NCBI GenBank assembly: GCA_963752155.1
Contig: CAVVXH010000015.1
Span: forward strand, 96,001 to 160,000
Length of the DNA stretch: 64,000 nucleotides
Origin: an uncultured Parachlamydiaceae bacterium
GTDB taxonomy: Bacteria; Chlamydiota; Chlamydiia; Chlamydiales; Parachlamydiaceae
Direction of reading: 5' to 3'
The notes beneath the pieces are model-generated. The model ran no database searches and was not told the DNA's origin. It worked only from the letters and a program-made list of their open reading frames with translations. The translations under genes and the position numbers were made by a program. Positions 10,862 through 21,289 of this stretch are shown here, one piece after another (the first letter of the stretch is position 1; each line of letters begins with the position of its first letter).

Positions 10862-12492
10862 TTAACTTCCATAACCTTTTTTAGACGCTGTTGGGCCAAG
10901 CTAGCCCCAATAAAATCTCGAAAAAGAGGATGTGCTTGTGTGGGCTTCGATTTAAATTCAGGGTGAAATTGCACTCCAAGCATCCATGGATGTCCCTTTA
11001 CTTCAGCAATCTCGCAAAGCCCTCCTCCTTCTAACACCCCCGAAAAGGAAAAATTATTTTTCTCCATTTGTTCGCGGTATTTATTGTTAAATTCATAGCG
11101 ATGACGATGCCGTTCCAAAATCTTCTGAGAACCATAGGCTGCATACGCCTTAGAATTTGGTACGAGCTCACAGCTATAAGCCCCAAGGCGCATTGTTCCG
11201 CCTAAATCCTGAACAGTTCGCTGTTCACTCAGCAAAGAAATAACTGGATTTTTTGTATCTACATTGATTTCAGTTGAATTCGCATCAGCCAAACCCAACA
11301 CGTGGCGAGCAAATTCCACGGCCATCACTTGCATTCCCAAGCAAATTCCAAAATACGGAATATTGTTCTCTCGACAATATTTCGTTGCCATAATTTTTCC
11401 TAACCAACCCCTCTCTCCGAAACCACCAGGAACCAAGTAACCGTCACAACCCTGAATAGATTCGCTCACGGAATTTTGTTCTTCAATTTTATCTGCTTCA
11501 AAACGTTTGATGTTGACCTGTACTCCATGAGCAAGAGCTGCATGTTCGAGAGCTTCTACCACCGATTTATAAGCATCTTGATGATCAACATATTTACCAA
11601 TCAATCCAATCGTTACATTCCCCTTAGGATTTTTGATCGTCTCTATTAAGACTTCCCATTCCTTAAGATCTATCGGGCGATCCTGAAGTCCTAACAATTG
11701 GCAAATCATTCCATCTGCATTTTGAGCATGCAGCTCTAAAGGCACTTCATAAATGCTATTCTCCACATCGACTTCTTCGATGACGTACTTTCTTTGAACA
11801 TTGCAAAACAAGCTAATTTTATCTTTGACATCTTCTGAGAGCGGAGCTTCACTTCGACAAAGAATCATGTCAGGGAAAATTCCGATTCCACGCAAGGTTT
11901 GTACAGAATGCTGAGAAGGCTTAGTTTTAACTTCTCCGGCAGTTTTTAGATAAGGAACATAGGTCAAATGGATATTCATGCAATCGCCAGGATGATCATA
12001 GCGAAACTGTCGAATGGCTTCTAAAAACGGAAGAGATTCTATATCGCCGATTGTTCCCCCGATTTCAACGATCACCACATCGATCCCTTCTTGTTGTTTT
12101 GCACAGGCGACGATCTTATGCTTGATTTCATCGGTAATATGCGGAATCACTTGCACAGTCTTACCGAGGTAACCCCCTTCACGCTCACGCCTAATGACAG
12201 AGTTATAGATTTGCCCAGAAGTGATGTTTGAACAAGCAGACAGCGGAGAATTCGTATAACGAAAATAATGCCCTAAATCTAAATCCGTTTCTGCTCCATC
12301 GTCAGTCACATAAACTTCTCCATGTTGATAAGGACTCATCGTACCTGGATCCACATTGAGATATGGATCGCATTTTAACATTGCTATTTTGAGTCCTTTT
12401 TTCTCTAGAAGCATGCCAATAGAAGCTGCTGTCAGTCCTTTTCCTAAGGATGAACAGACTCCGCCTGTAACAAAGATGTATTTTGTGTGCAT
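10858..12492 (-). CDS. pyrG: CTP synthase
   Basis: GGVCSSLGKG, GICLGMQ, RHRHRYE, QFHPEF. Confidence 0.99.
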   Translation of the reverse strand: MHTKYIFVTGGVCSSLGKGLTAASIGMLLEKKGLKIAMLKCDPYLNVDPGTMSPYQHGEVYVTDDGAETDLDLGHYFRYTNSPLSACSNITSGQIYNSVIRREREGGYLGKTVQVIPHITDEIKHKIVACAKQQEGIDVVIVEIGGTIGDIESLPFLEAIRQFRYDHPGDCMNIHLTYVPYLKTAGEVKTKPSQHSVQTLRGIGIFPDMILCRSEAPLSEDVKDKISLFCNVQRKYVIEEVDVENSIYEVPLELHAQNADGMICQLLGLQDRPIDLKEWEVLIETIKNPKGNVTIGLIGKYVDHQDAYKSVVEALEHAALAHGVQVNIKRFEADKIEEQNSVSESIQGCDGYLVPGGFGERGWLGKIMATKYCRENNIPYFGICLGMQVMAVEFARHVLGLADANSTEINVDTKNPVISLLSEQRTVQDLGGTMRLGAYSCELVPNSKAYAAYGSQKILERHRHRYEFNNKYREQMEKNNFSFSGVLEGGGLCEIAEVKGHPWMLGVQFHPEFKSKPTQAHPLFRDFIGASLAQQRLKKVMEVK

Positions 12493-13235
12493 AATAGTGC
12501 CTCAATTTTTTGTATATCTTCAGGGAGGTCGACCCCCACTGCGCCGTTGTTTACAATAGCGACTTTAATTCTATAACCATGCTCCAGAGCTTTTAGCTGC
12601 TCTAAGTCTTCGATAGATTGAAGGGGTGTTTTGGGTAAAAGTGCATATTCCAAGAGAAAATTAGGACGATATCCATAAATTCCTAGATGCCGATAATACC
12701 GAGTTTTACAACAATACTTTCCATTTTTATTTGATGGAATTAACGTACGGCTAAAGTATAAAGCGTTGCCTTGTTGATCCATCGTGCATTTTACAATGCT
12801 AGGGTTTATGGCATCTTCTTCAACATCCAACAATACAGCAGCAGTTGACATTGAAGCCTGTGGATTGCCATGCAAAATATCGACGACAGCCTCGATTGTT
12901 TTTGGGTCAATACAGGGCTCATCACCTTGAATATTAACGACAATTGCGCTCCTTAAATGAGGATAACGCATGATGACTTCAGCAAGACGATCGGTTCCGG
13001 TATCGCAATCTTTGCTAGTCATGACGACTGTGCCGCCAAAACTTTTCACATGATCATAAATCCTCACATCGTCAGTCGCTACAACAACAAGTTTTAATCT
13101 TTCACAACGTAATGCATTTTCATAAGTGCGTTGCAACAAAGTTTTACCCATGATGATAGCCAAAGGCTTGCCGGGAAAGCGGGTACTTCCATATCTCGCA
13201 GGAATGATCCCTATACAGTCAATTTCATCAGACAT
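12444..13235 (-). CDS. kdsB: 3-deoxy-manno-octulosonate cytidylyltransferase
   Basis: IPARYGSTRFPGKPL, NIQGDEP, LEQLKALEHG. Confidence 0.97.
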   Translation of the reverse strand: MSDEIDCIGIIPARYGSTRFPGKPLAIIMGKTLLQRTYENALRCERLKLVVVATDDVRIYDHVKSFGGTVVMTSKDCDTGTDRLAEVIMRYPHLRSAIVVNIQGDEPCIDPKTIEAVVDILHGNPQASMSTAAVLLDVEEDAINPSIVKCTMDQQGNALYFSRTLIPSNKNGKYCCKTRYYRHLGIYGYRPNFLLEYALLPKTPLQSIEDLEQLKALEHGYRIKVAIVNNGAVGVDLPEDIQKIEALLCTQNTSLLQAESVHP

Positions 13236-13309
13236 ATTGTGCTTGTTGGTTTTTTATTATATGATATCCAACACATTATAAGCTAAAAATTTTCGCCATG
13301 CAAGATAAT

Positions 13310-13499
13310 AAGGACGGCAAGGACAGCAAGGACAAAAAGGACGAAAAGGACAACAAGGACAACAAGGACAACAATGACGTGGGACGCAAAGGATATATTT
13401 GATAAAATGTCTTTGCTGTACTATAACCTGTTACTGTCCTTGTTTGCTGTCCTTGTCGTCCTTGCTGTCCTTGCTGTCCTTGCTGTCCTTACCGTCCTT
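13310..13499. repeat. family C fold-back: (AGGACARCA)n - spacer - (TGYTGTCCT)n
   Basis: Inverted arms of 9-mer tandem units; same unit as 45830..45960. Confidence 0.9.
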
Positions 13500-13579
13500 C
13501 AAGAATTTCTCTTGCATCAATTAACAGCACACTATAAAATCAGCTACACGAATTAAACCTAAACAGGATAATTAAATTA

Positions 13580-14188
13580 ATGGATATGCTACCTGAAGTG
13601 TTCAATAATTGGTTATTGCACTATGGCAGTTTTGCACTTTTTGGACTCTTAGCTTTAGGGATTATTGCCTTACCTGTCCCAGAAGAAACACTACTAGTCT
13701 TTACCGGGTACCTCATTCAAAATGGAACTTTTAACCCTGTTTCCGCCTTTATCGCTGCCTACTTTGGTAGCATTGTAGGAATTACAGGCAGCTATCTAAT
13801 CGGGCATACCGGTGGACTGTACATCATCAAAAAATATGGATCTTACGTAGGCCTGTCCGAAGAAAAAATGAACAAGGCCCACAATTGGTTTGAACGCTAC
13901 GGAAAATGGGTCCTATTTATCGGATATTTTGTTCCAGGCGTACGCCACTTTACCGGAATATTTGCAGGCGTAGCAGATCTAGAATACCATCATTTTGCCT
14001 TATATGCCTATTCAGGCGCTTTTTTCTGGGTAACAACATTTATATCAATCGGATATTTCTTCGGCACTTACAATCAAGCCCTTTTTGAACTAGTCGAAAG
14101 CAATATGGAAACCATCCTAACCTGTTCGGTAGTCGCCATTCTATTATTTATCGGAATAAAGAAATGGAAAATTAACTCAACTCCGTAA
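13580..14188 (+). CDS. DedA family membrane protein
   Basis: LPVPEET, GYFVPGVRH, hydrophobic helices. Confidence 0.92.
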   Translation: MDMLPEVFNNWLLHYGSFALFGLLALGIIALPVPEETLLVFTGYLIQNGTFNPVSAFIAAYFGSIVGITGSYLIGHTGGLYIIKKYGSYVGLSEEKMNKAHNWFERYGKWVLFIGYFVPGVRHFTGIFAGVADLEYHHFALYAYSGAFFWVTTFISIGYFFGTYNQALFELVESNMETILTCSVVAILLFIGIKKWKINSTP

Positions 14189-14399
14189 AGGAGGAGCTAT
14201 CTAAACACTTTTCTATCATTGTATCTTCATCTATAATCGATTGGGCTCCATCCAACATATAGAGAGCTAAAACAGGATCCCCCTTATAACTCATCTTTAC
14301 TTCTTTTTGACCATTTTCTTTGTCATCACACGTTAAAAGCACATAACATGAATGATTCTTTTCAAGACGCGCCTTTATTGACTTATGAGCATCAGTCAT
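14172..14399 (-). CDS. small hypothetical protein
   Basis: MTDAHKSIK start preceded by AAGGA; the longer ORF call runs into a family F repeat. Confidence 0.6.
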   Translation of the reverse strand: MTDAHKSIKARLEKNHSCYVLLTCDDKENGQKEVKMSYKGDPVLALYMLDGAQSIIDEDTMIEKCLDSSSFTELS

Positions 14400-14481
14400 A
14401 TATTTTCCTTTTACTACTATAGATTTTCTTATACCAGACACAGTCATAGATGATATTTTTTTACAACCACACTCGGTGTAA

Positions 14482-14555
14482 GGGACCGGCAATAATAACT
14501 TGTACGATTGGGCTGCGCCAAAGCCCAATTGTGCAAGTTATTATTGCCCAGTCCC
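14482..14555. mobile_element. family F 74-bp palindromic MITE-like element (GGGAC...GTCCC) with TAA on both sides
   Basis: TAA at 14479-14481 and 14556-14558; long internal inverted repeat; relatives at 27033, 31424-31500, 33552, 33870, 41875. Confidence 0.75.
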
Positions 14556-14722
14556 TAAATCGCACCTTAACAATTCGATTCTTTTTTTACAAAGAAGGAA
14601 TTACAAAAACTTCTATAAAAAAACATTTGTCAGAGATTAAAATTCAATTTACACTCTATAACAGGTGCAGTCGTAAATTATATTTTCTGCTGCGCGAAAC
14701 TCCCGAGATTGGACGAGGTGCT

Positions 14723-15964
14723 ATGAATCCTTTTGAGATCTCTAACGTTGAAAAAGAGATGATGATCCACACACTCAAAGCATGGGCATCCATAAACACG
14801 CATTGCTCCAACTTAAAAGGGCTTGAAGCCATGCTAAGTACATTCGAATCAGCCTTTGCTCCATTGGGAGGAACTCAACAACGGATCAAATTACCAGACA
14901 GATTTGACATTGATTCTAGTGGTCAAAAGAAATATTATCCGGTCGGAGAGGCTCTTCACATCAAAAAGAATCCCAATGCCCCCTTCCAAATTCTCTTAGC
15001 AGGCCATATGGATACTGTTTTCGAAGAAACTTGCCCCTTTCAAAAAGTGATTCAAATCGATGAAAATCGCCTTTTAGGCCCTGGTGTAGCCGATATGAAA
15101 GGGGGAATTCAAGTCATGCTCAAAGGTTTAGAGCTTTTAGAACAATCTCAATTCGCTAAAAACATCGGATGGCAAATTTTACTGACTCCTGATGAAGAAA
15201 TCGGCTCCCCTAGTTCTGAATCCCTATACTCTCAAATCGCTAAAGATATTCATGTAGGCCTTGTTTTCGAACCCTCATTTCCAGATGGAAAATTTGTCAG
15301 TCAACGCAAAGGATCAATCAATCTCATCGCAATTGCTAAGGGAAAATCTGCTCATGCCGGAAGAGATTTCCACATAGGCCGCAATGCCATCGCTGCTTTA
15401 GCCTATTTTATAAGCGCAGCTCATTCTTTAAATCGGCAACACCAAACGATGACCCTCAACATTGGTAAAATATCCGGAGGAGAAGCTTCGAATATCGTTC
15501 CCGATCACGCCATTTGCCACATCAATATACGCTCAGACGACGAATTAGAATTAATCAGCGTCTCAGAAAAACTTAACTCCCTAGCTCAAGAAGCAGCTCT
15601 TGCTGTAGCTGAAGATGGAATTACGATTCAAACTTACCCGCTAACACAGCGAGCCCCAAAGCCTTTTGATTCAACCTCTGAGGCCCTCTATCGGATTGTG
15701 CAATACTGTGGCACAGAGCTCGGACTCAATCTTGATTGGAAACCTAGTGGCGGAGTCTGCGATGGAAATATCCTTGCACAAGCTGGAGTTCCGACGATTG
15801 ATACACTCGGCGTCATTGGTGGTAATTTGCATACTTTTCAAGAATACATGGAAATACACAGCCTAGTTGAACGTGCCAGCTTAACAGCTCATTTATTAAT
15901 CACATTTGCTTCACAAGAAAAATTGCGAAATACATTTATACATCCAGGAGAAAAAAAGCTATGA
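14723..15964 (+). CDS. M20 family metallo-hydrolase (carboxypeptidase G2-like), first gene of the ast operon
   Basis: LAGHMDTV, GVADMKGG, PDEEIGS, H near the C-terminus; GAGG RBS before MNPFE. Confidence 0.85.
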   Translation: MNPFEISNVEKEMMIHTLKAWASINTHCSNLKGLEAMLSTFESAFAPLGGTQQRIKLPDRFDIDSSGQKKYYPVGEALHIKKNPNAPFQILLAGHMDTVFEETCPFQKVIQIDENRLLGPGVADMKGGIQVMLKGLELLEQSQFAKNIGWQILLTPDEEIGSPSSESLYSQIAKDIHVGLVFEPSFPDGKFVSQRKGSINLIAIAKGKSAHAGRDFHIGRNAIAALAYFISAAHSLNRQHQTMTLNIGKISGGEASNIVPDHAICHINIRSDDELELISVSEKLNSLAQEAALAVAEDGITIQTYPLTQRAPKPFDSTSEALYRIVQYCGTELGLNLDWKPSGGVCDGNILAQAGVPTIDTLGVIGGNLHTFQEYMEIHSLVERASLTAHLLITFASQEKLRNTFIHPGEKKL

Positions 15965-17355
15965 ATCATCCAATCAGTCCACAAATCACTACGCTACTTT
16001 CCGATCCTCGCATCGTTCAAGCCAAAAAATTGCTTTTGGAAGTCATTGCCGAGAAACAAAAAAATATCACCGCTCCTCGACCGGCAAATCCGGAATTCAA
16101 ACAAGGCTATCAAGAAATCTTGGACAATTTTGCCCTGTATCGGAGCTTTCCTCTTTGGTATCCCTATTTAGGCAGTGGTTTCGGAAATGGTTCGTTAGTG
16201 GAACTGCTCGATGGCAGTATCAAGTATGACTTCATCTCTGGAATAGGTGTCCATTTATTTGGGCATAGCCATCCCTCCCTGATTGAAGCTAATCTGCATG
16301 CAGCTCTCTCTGACATCCCTATACAAGGACATCTACAACAAAATGTCGAATGCGTGGAACTCTCTGAACTCCTCATCAACGCATCCAAGATCCCTCATTG
16401 TTTTCTCACAACCTCTGGAGCCATGGCTTTAGAAAATGGATTAAAACTAGCCTTTCAGAAAAAATTTCCGGCTCGTCGTCTTTTTGCATTCGAACGTTGC
16501 TTTTCCGGACGCACGTTGGCCCTTGCCCAAGTGACAGATAAAGCTGCTTATCGTGACGGCCTTCCTGCTACTTTGCAAGTTGACTATGTTCCTTTTTACG
16601 ACCCCAAACATCCCGAAGAAAGTACAAAAAGGGCTTTGGATACAATCAAAAAACAGATGACACGCTACCCTAAAGACCATGCAGTCATGATCTTTGAACT
16701 CATTCAAGGAGAAGCAGGATTCTACGTGGGTTCGACCCAATTCTTTTCCGCGATCATGGATCTATTAAAAGAAAATCAAGTGACGATCCTTATAGACGAA
16801 GTGCAAAGTTTTGGGCGCACGTCACAATTATTTGCCTATCAACATTTTGATCTGCATAAGTATGTCGATATCTGTATTGTTGGAAAGCTGTCTCAAGTCT
16901 GCGCAACTCTCTTTACTGACGAATTTAAACCGAAGCCAGGACTCATTAGCCAGACATTTATTTCTAGCACAAGCGCCATCTATTGCAGCATCACCATCCT
17001 TAAAATGCTATTGAATTCAGACCTCTATGGTCCCAACGGTAAGAACAGTCGATTTCACTCCCTATTCTCCAAGTTGTTAACTGAAATTGCAGAACGTCAT
17101 CCTGGATGCCTCCAAGGACCTTTTGGGGTTGGATCCATGATTGCTTTCACTCCGTTTAATGGAGAAACCGCTTTAGTCACAAAAATTGCTCATGCTTTAT
17201 TTGAAGAAGGACTCATTTGTTTTATTGCCGGCAGTAATCCTACAAGAATCCGGATGCTTCCACCGGTACCGGTTCTTTCGGAAGATGAGATCAAGGCAGC
17301 ATGTGGTCTGATCGAAACGACCCTTAAAAAAAGTAAAGATTTATGTATATCATAA
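15961..17355 (+). CDS. class III PLP aminotransferase (probable succinylornithine transaminase role)
   Basis: ELIQGEAG, IDEVQSFGRT, GK; ast operon context. Confidence 0.8.
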   Translation: MNHPISPQITTLLSDPRIVQAKKLLLEVIAEKQKNITAPRPANPEFKQGYQEILDNFALYRSFPLWYPYLGSGFGNGSLVELLDGSIKYDFISGIGVHLFGHSHPSLIEANLHAALSDIPIQGHLQQNVECVELSELLINASKIPHCFLTTSGAMALENGLKLAFQKKFPARRLFAFERCFSGRTLALAQVTDKAAYRDGLPATLQVDYVPFYDPKHPEESTKRALDTIKKQMTRYPKDHAVMIFELIQGEAGFYVGSTQFFSAIMDLLKENQVTILIDEVQSFGRTSQLFAYQHFDLHKYVDICIVGKLSQVCATLFTDEFKPKPGLISQTFISSTSAIYCSITILKMLLNSDLYGPNGKNSRFHSLFSKLLTEIAERHPGCLQGPFGVGSMIAFTPFNGETALVTKIAHALFEEGLICFIAGSNPTRIRMLPPVPVLSEDEIKAACGLIETTLKKSKDLCIS

Positions 17356-18380
17356 GACCAATAGAATCTAAAGATGAAAAATTATTTCTTCAATTAGCCC
17401 TTTCTTCTCCACCGGGTATTTTAACTTTACCTCGGAATCCTCTACGGGTTAAACAAAAATTGATCGATTCACTTAAAGCTTTTGCGTCAGAGGCTTCAGA
17501 AAACGGCTGTTATCTTTTCGTTCTCGAAAATTTGGAAACGCATCAGCTTGAAGGATGCTCTGCAATCCTAAGTTCTGTCAATCTAGATTATCATTATAAA
17601 GTTGAACATCATCATCGTTTAGATGATACGATGGAGCAGATTCCCAAGGTACAAACATTGCTTTATCCTCAAATCAATCATAATAACGCTTCTGAAATCT
17701 GCACTCTATTTCTGACCAAATCAAATCGAAAAAGGGGGCTGGGTCGTTTATTATCATTAAGCCGCTTTCTTTTCGTTGCATCTCATCGAGAACGTTTTGA
17801 AAGCGAATTTATGGCTGAAATGCGAGGGGTTATTGACTCTGAAGGCAAATGCCCTTTTTGGGATGGTCTTGGACGCCATTTTTGTAATCTCGATCTTAAT
17901 GAAATTTTAGCTCTCTATGAAGCCAATATAGAAATCGCCGAAAAAATTCTGCCGGATCATCCTATTTACTGCAGCCTTTTACCACAAGAAGTTCAAGATG
18001 TCATTGGTAAGGTCCATCCAAGTACTGTTCCAGCACTAAAAATGTTAGAAAATCAAGGGTTTACTCTTCGTAATTGGATTGACATCCTCGATGGAGGCCC
18101 CCGTATCTATGCTGAGACTTCGGAAATTCAAATCATTAAAACAACCATTCACGCTCCAGTCACAAAAATCTCTTCCAATGCGTTAACCGAAAATGAAGAC
18201 AACATTAAATTAATTTCAAACCGAAAACTGAATTTCAGAGCCTGCTACGGGGTCGTCATTGTTGAGGAACAGGGCGTAACCATTGATGCTAGCACGGCAC
18301 GAAATTTAGAAGTCGAAACCGGGGAACTGATTTGTTTTGCCAATATCATACATTCAGAAAAGGAAAAAACAGATGGCTAA
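17343..18380 (+). CDS. astA: arginine N-succinyltransferase
   Basis: SEICTLFL, GRLLSLSRFLF, AEMRG, PFWDGLGRHF, DILDGGP. Confidence 0.93.
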   Translation: MYIIRPIESKDEKLFLQLALSSPPGILTLPRNPLRVKQKLIDSLKAFASEASENGCYLFVLENLETHQLEGCSAILSSVNLDYHYKVEHHHRLDDTMEQIPKVQTLLYPQINHNNASEICTLFLTKSNRKRGLGRLLSLSRFLFVASHRERFESEFMAEMRGVIDSEGKCPFWDGLGRHFCNLDLNEILALYEANIEIAEKILPDHPIYCSLLPQEVQDVIGKVHPSTVPALKMLENQGFTLRNWIDILDGGPRIYAETSEIQIIKTTIHAPVTKISSNALTENEDNIKLISNRKLNFRACYGVVIVEEQGVTIDASTARNLEVETGELICFANIIHSEKEKTDG

Positions 18381-19854
18381 TTCACTTTATATCAACAATC
18401 AATGGATTTCAGGAAACGGAACACAGCTAGTTTCCTACAATCCAGCAACTGGAACTCCAGTCTGGGAAGGAACTACAGCAAATGCTGAAGATGTCAATTT
18501 AGCTGTAGAATCTGCTCGAGCAGCATTTCCAAGCTGGTCAGAGACTCGAATAAAAACACGAATAAAATTTCTAAGAAAATTTCAAACGATCTTAGAAAAT
18601 AATAAATTTGAGTTCGCTGAAACGATCTCTTTAGAAAATGGGAAGCCAATATGGGATGCTGCTAACGAGGTCAATTCTATCTTAACTAAAGTCGATATCA
18701 GCATCGATGCCTACGAAATGCGTTGTTTGCATTTAGTCAAAGATGAAAAGGGAAAACACACTGTTTTACGCCATCGTCCACATGGGGTCATCGGTGTATT
18801 TGGTCCTTTTAATTTCCCTGCACACTTGCCAAATGGACATTTTATCCCTGCTCTCCTCGCAGGGAACACAATTGTTTTTAAACCCAGCGATCTAACTCCA
18901 CTCGTTGCAGAAAAAATGATTCGTTTTTGGAAAGAAGCAGGCCTTCCAGCTGGGGTCATCAATTTGCTTCAAGGAGGAGTCGCAACTGGCCAAGCTCTAG
19001 CAAATCATCACAATCTTGACGGCATCTTTTTCACTGGAAGCTGGGCTGTAGGAAAACATTTAACAGAACTTTACAGTCAAAGATCTGGGAAAATTCTTGC
19101 TCTGGAAATGGGTGGCAATAATCCCCTAATTTTTACCGAAGTCGACAATCTCAAAGCTGCTGCGTATACTACCATTCAATCTGCTTATTTGACTTCGGGT
19201 CAGAGGTGCACCTGCGCCCGCAGGCTGATTATTCCAGAGGGTTCCAAAGGTGACGCTTTCATCAACGAGCTTCTTTCCTTGACCAAAAATATTAAAATTG
19301 GACCCTACACAGATTCCCCGCAACCTTTTATGGGCCCATTGATTTCCCCTAATGCAGCAAAGAAGCTTCTAGAGACTCAAGATAAACTGATCGAACAAGG
19401 TGGACGTCCTCTTATGAAAATGTCCGCGCTGAAACAGGGTTCTGCGTTTCTATCGCCTGGTCTCATCGATGTCACAGCAGTAAAAAATCGCAATGACGAG
19501 GAGCATTTTGGGCCATTTTTGCAACTCATTCGCGTAAAAGACTTTCAAGCGGCGCTGCAAGAAGCTAATCAGACTGAATACGGCCTTACGGCGGGCCTTC
19601 TAAGTCGTCATAAAGATGAATTTAATCAGTTTTGCGCTAGCATTAAAGCTGGGATCATAGCATGGAACTCCCCTACAACAAATGTAGCTTCTTCACTTCC
19701 CTTTGGAGGAGTAGGGAAAAGCGGAAATTTCCGACCTACAGCCCTTTATGCCGCAGACTATTGCGCTTATCCTGTAACATATATAGAAAATAGCTCGTTA
19801 GAGCTTCCGGAGACACTTCTCCCCGGAATCCTACCCATAGGAGATTCATCATGA
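18373..19854 (+). CDS. astD: succinylglutamate-semialdehyde dehydrogenase
   Basis: GPFNFPAHLPNGH, LEMGGNNP, GQRCTCARR, SGNFRP..YAADYCAYP. Confidence 0.95.
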   Translation: MANSLYINNQWISGNGTQLVSYNPATGTPVWEGTTANAEDVNLAVESARAAFPSWSETRIKTRIKFLRKFQTILENNKFEFAETISLENGKPIWDAANEVNSILTKVDISIDAYEMRCLHLVKDEKGKHTVLRHRPHGVIGVFGPFNFPAHLPNGHFIPALLAGNTIVFKPSDLTPLVAEKMIRFWKEAGLPAGVINLLQGGVATGQALANHHNLDGIFFTGSWAVGKHLTELYSQRSGKILALEMGGNNPLIFTEVDNLKAAAYTTIQSAYLTSGQRCTCARRLIIPEGSKGDAFINELLSLTKNIKIGPYTDSPQPFMGPLISPNAAKKLLETQDKLIEQGGRPLMKMSALKQGSAFLSPGLIDVTAVKNRNDEEHFGPFLQLIRVKDFQAALQEANQTEYGLTAGLLSRHKDEFNQFCASIKAGIIAWNSPTTNVASSLPFGGVGKSGNFRPTALYAADYCAYPVTYIENSSLELPETLLPGILPIGDSS

Positions 19855-21178
19855 ATGCTGTTGAAGTCAATTTCGATACTTTAGTGGGTCCAACACATAA
19901 TACAAGCGTTATTTCTTTTGGAAATATCGCTTCGCAAACGCGTCACTTGGCTCCTTCAAATCCCAGAGCTGCAGCTCTTCAGGGCCTCGAAAAAATGTTT
20001 TTTCTCGACTCTTTGGGTCTTCGTCAGGGGATTTTTCCACCTCAGAGACGTCCCGATATTCCAACTCTCAGATTGCTAGGCTTTCATGGTACAGATCGAG
20101 AAGTTCTTAAAAGGACTTGGGAACAAAGTCCACTGATATTAATGAGCGTTTGTTCCTCAGCTTCTATGTGGACAGCCAACAGCTCCGTCATTACCCCTTC
20201 ATGTGATAACAAAGATAATCGCGTACATATTACACCTGCGAATTTAAGTAGCAAATTTCACCGATCGATCGAAGCACCACATACAGCAAGAACTTTAAAA
20301 CTAGTTTTTCCCGGAGCCACATTTTGAACACCATCCACCTCTACCCTATGGAAATTACTTCAGCGATGAAGGAACAAGTCAACCATACCTGCTTAGCAAA
20401 ATGCATGGCACACCTGGAGTACACCACTTTGTGTATGGACGCTCTAGCTTCAAAGAGAACTTGCTTGCTCCGAATCGATATCCGGCGCGTCAAGCGCTTG
20501 AAGCGAGTGAATCTGTGGCAAGATTTCACGGCTTAAACCCTTCCGCCGTTTGCTTTGTTCAGCAAAATCCAGAAGCGATAGATGGTGGAGTCTTCCATAA
20601 TGATGTGATTTCTGTCGGCAATAACAATCTATTTCTTTACCACGAAAAGGCCTTTTGCAATAGTGAAAATCATATTAACATCCTCAAAAATGCAGTGAAT
20701 GAAACATGTCAAACTCATCTAATTTGCATCAAAGTCCTTGAAAAGCAAGTTTCACTAAAAGACGCCGTCGAATCTTATCTTTTTAATTCTCAGCTTATTA
20801 CATTGAAAGACAATACCATGATGATCATACCCTATCGAATGCCCAGAAACGACTCCTTCGGTCTTCAAATATTTAACTGAATTAACAGAAGATCCCGACA
20901 ATCCTGTCGGCAGAATCCACTATTTTAACTTGAATGAGAGCATGCTCAGTGGCGGAGGACCTGCATGCTTGCGCATACGCGTCGTCCTGACACAAAATGA
21001 GTTGGCAACTGTCAATCCACGTTTTATGTTTACTAAGAACCTTTATGAGAAATTAGTCGAATGCGTCAATAAACACTATAGAACAGAACTTGTGCCGAAA
21101 GATTTTGCAGACCCTAAATTTTTTGATGAGTTAATGGAGGCTCAGGACGCGATTGAAAGAATCTTCGAAATTCAATAG
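19851..21178 (+). CDS. astB: N-succinylarginine dihydrolase, broken by several single-base frameshifts (likely assembly errors, otherwise a pseudogene)
   Basis: EVNFD..VGPTHN, SNPRAAALQGLEKM, SASMWTAN, GVFHNDVISV and ESM.SGGGPACLRIRV are spread over at least three frames. Confidence 0.88.
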
Positions 21179-21187
21179 AGTCATTTA

Positions 21188-21253
21188 AACACGTTATTCC
21201 ATGGAAAAACGTGTTCATCACCCACGTTTTTCCATGGAATAACGTGGAAATGT
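21188..21253. repeat. tandem pair of 24-bp palindromes (consensus CACGTTATTCCATGGAATAACGTG), 33-bp period
   Basis: Cores at 21190..21213 and 21223..21246, one mismatch each; perfect third copy at 25474..25497. Confidence 0.9.
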
Positions 21254-21254
21254 C

Positions 21255-21283
21255 TTGCTCTATCGACTCTATTTCGTTAGAAT
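21255..21283 (+). promoter_or_regulatory. sigma70/66-type promoter; likely leaderless mRNA
   Basis: TTGCTC-17 bp-TAGAAT, ATG 6 nt downstream, no Shine-Dalgarno. Confidence 0.55.
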
Positions 21284-21289
21284 AAAATT

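Noticed and set aside
14450..14722. N-terminal extension of the M20 hydrolase
   Set aside because: Runs through a family F repeat; an RBS precedes the ATG at 14723
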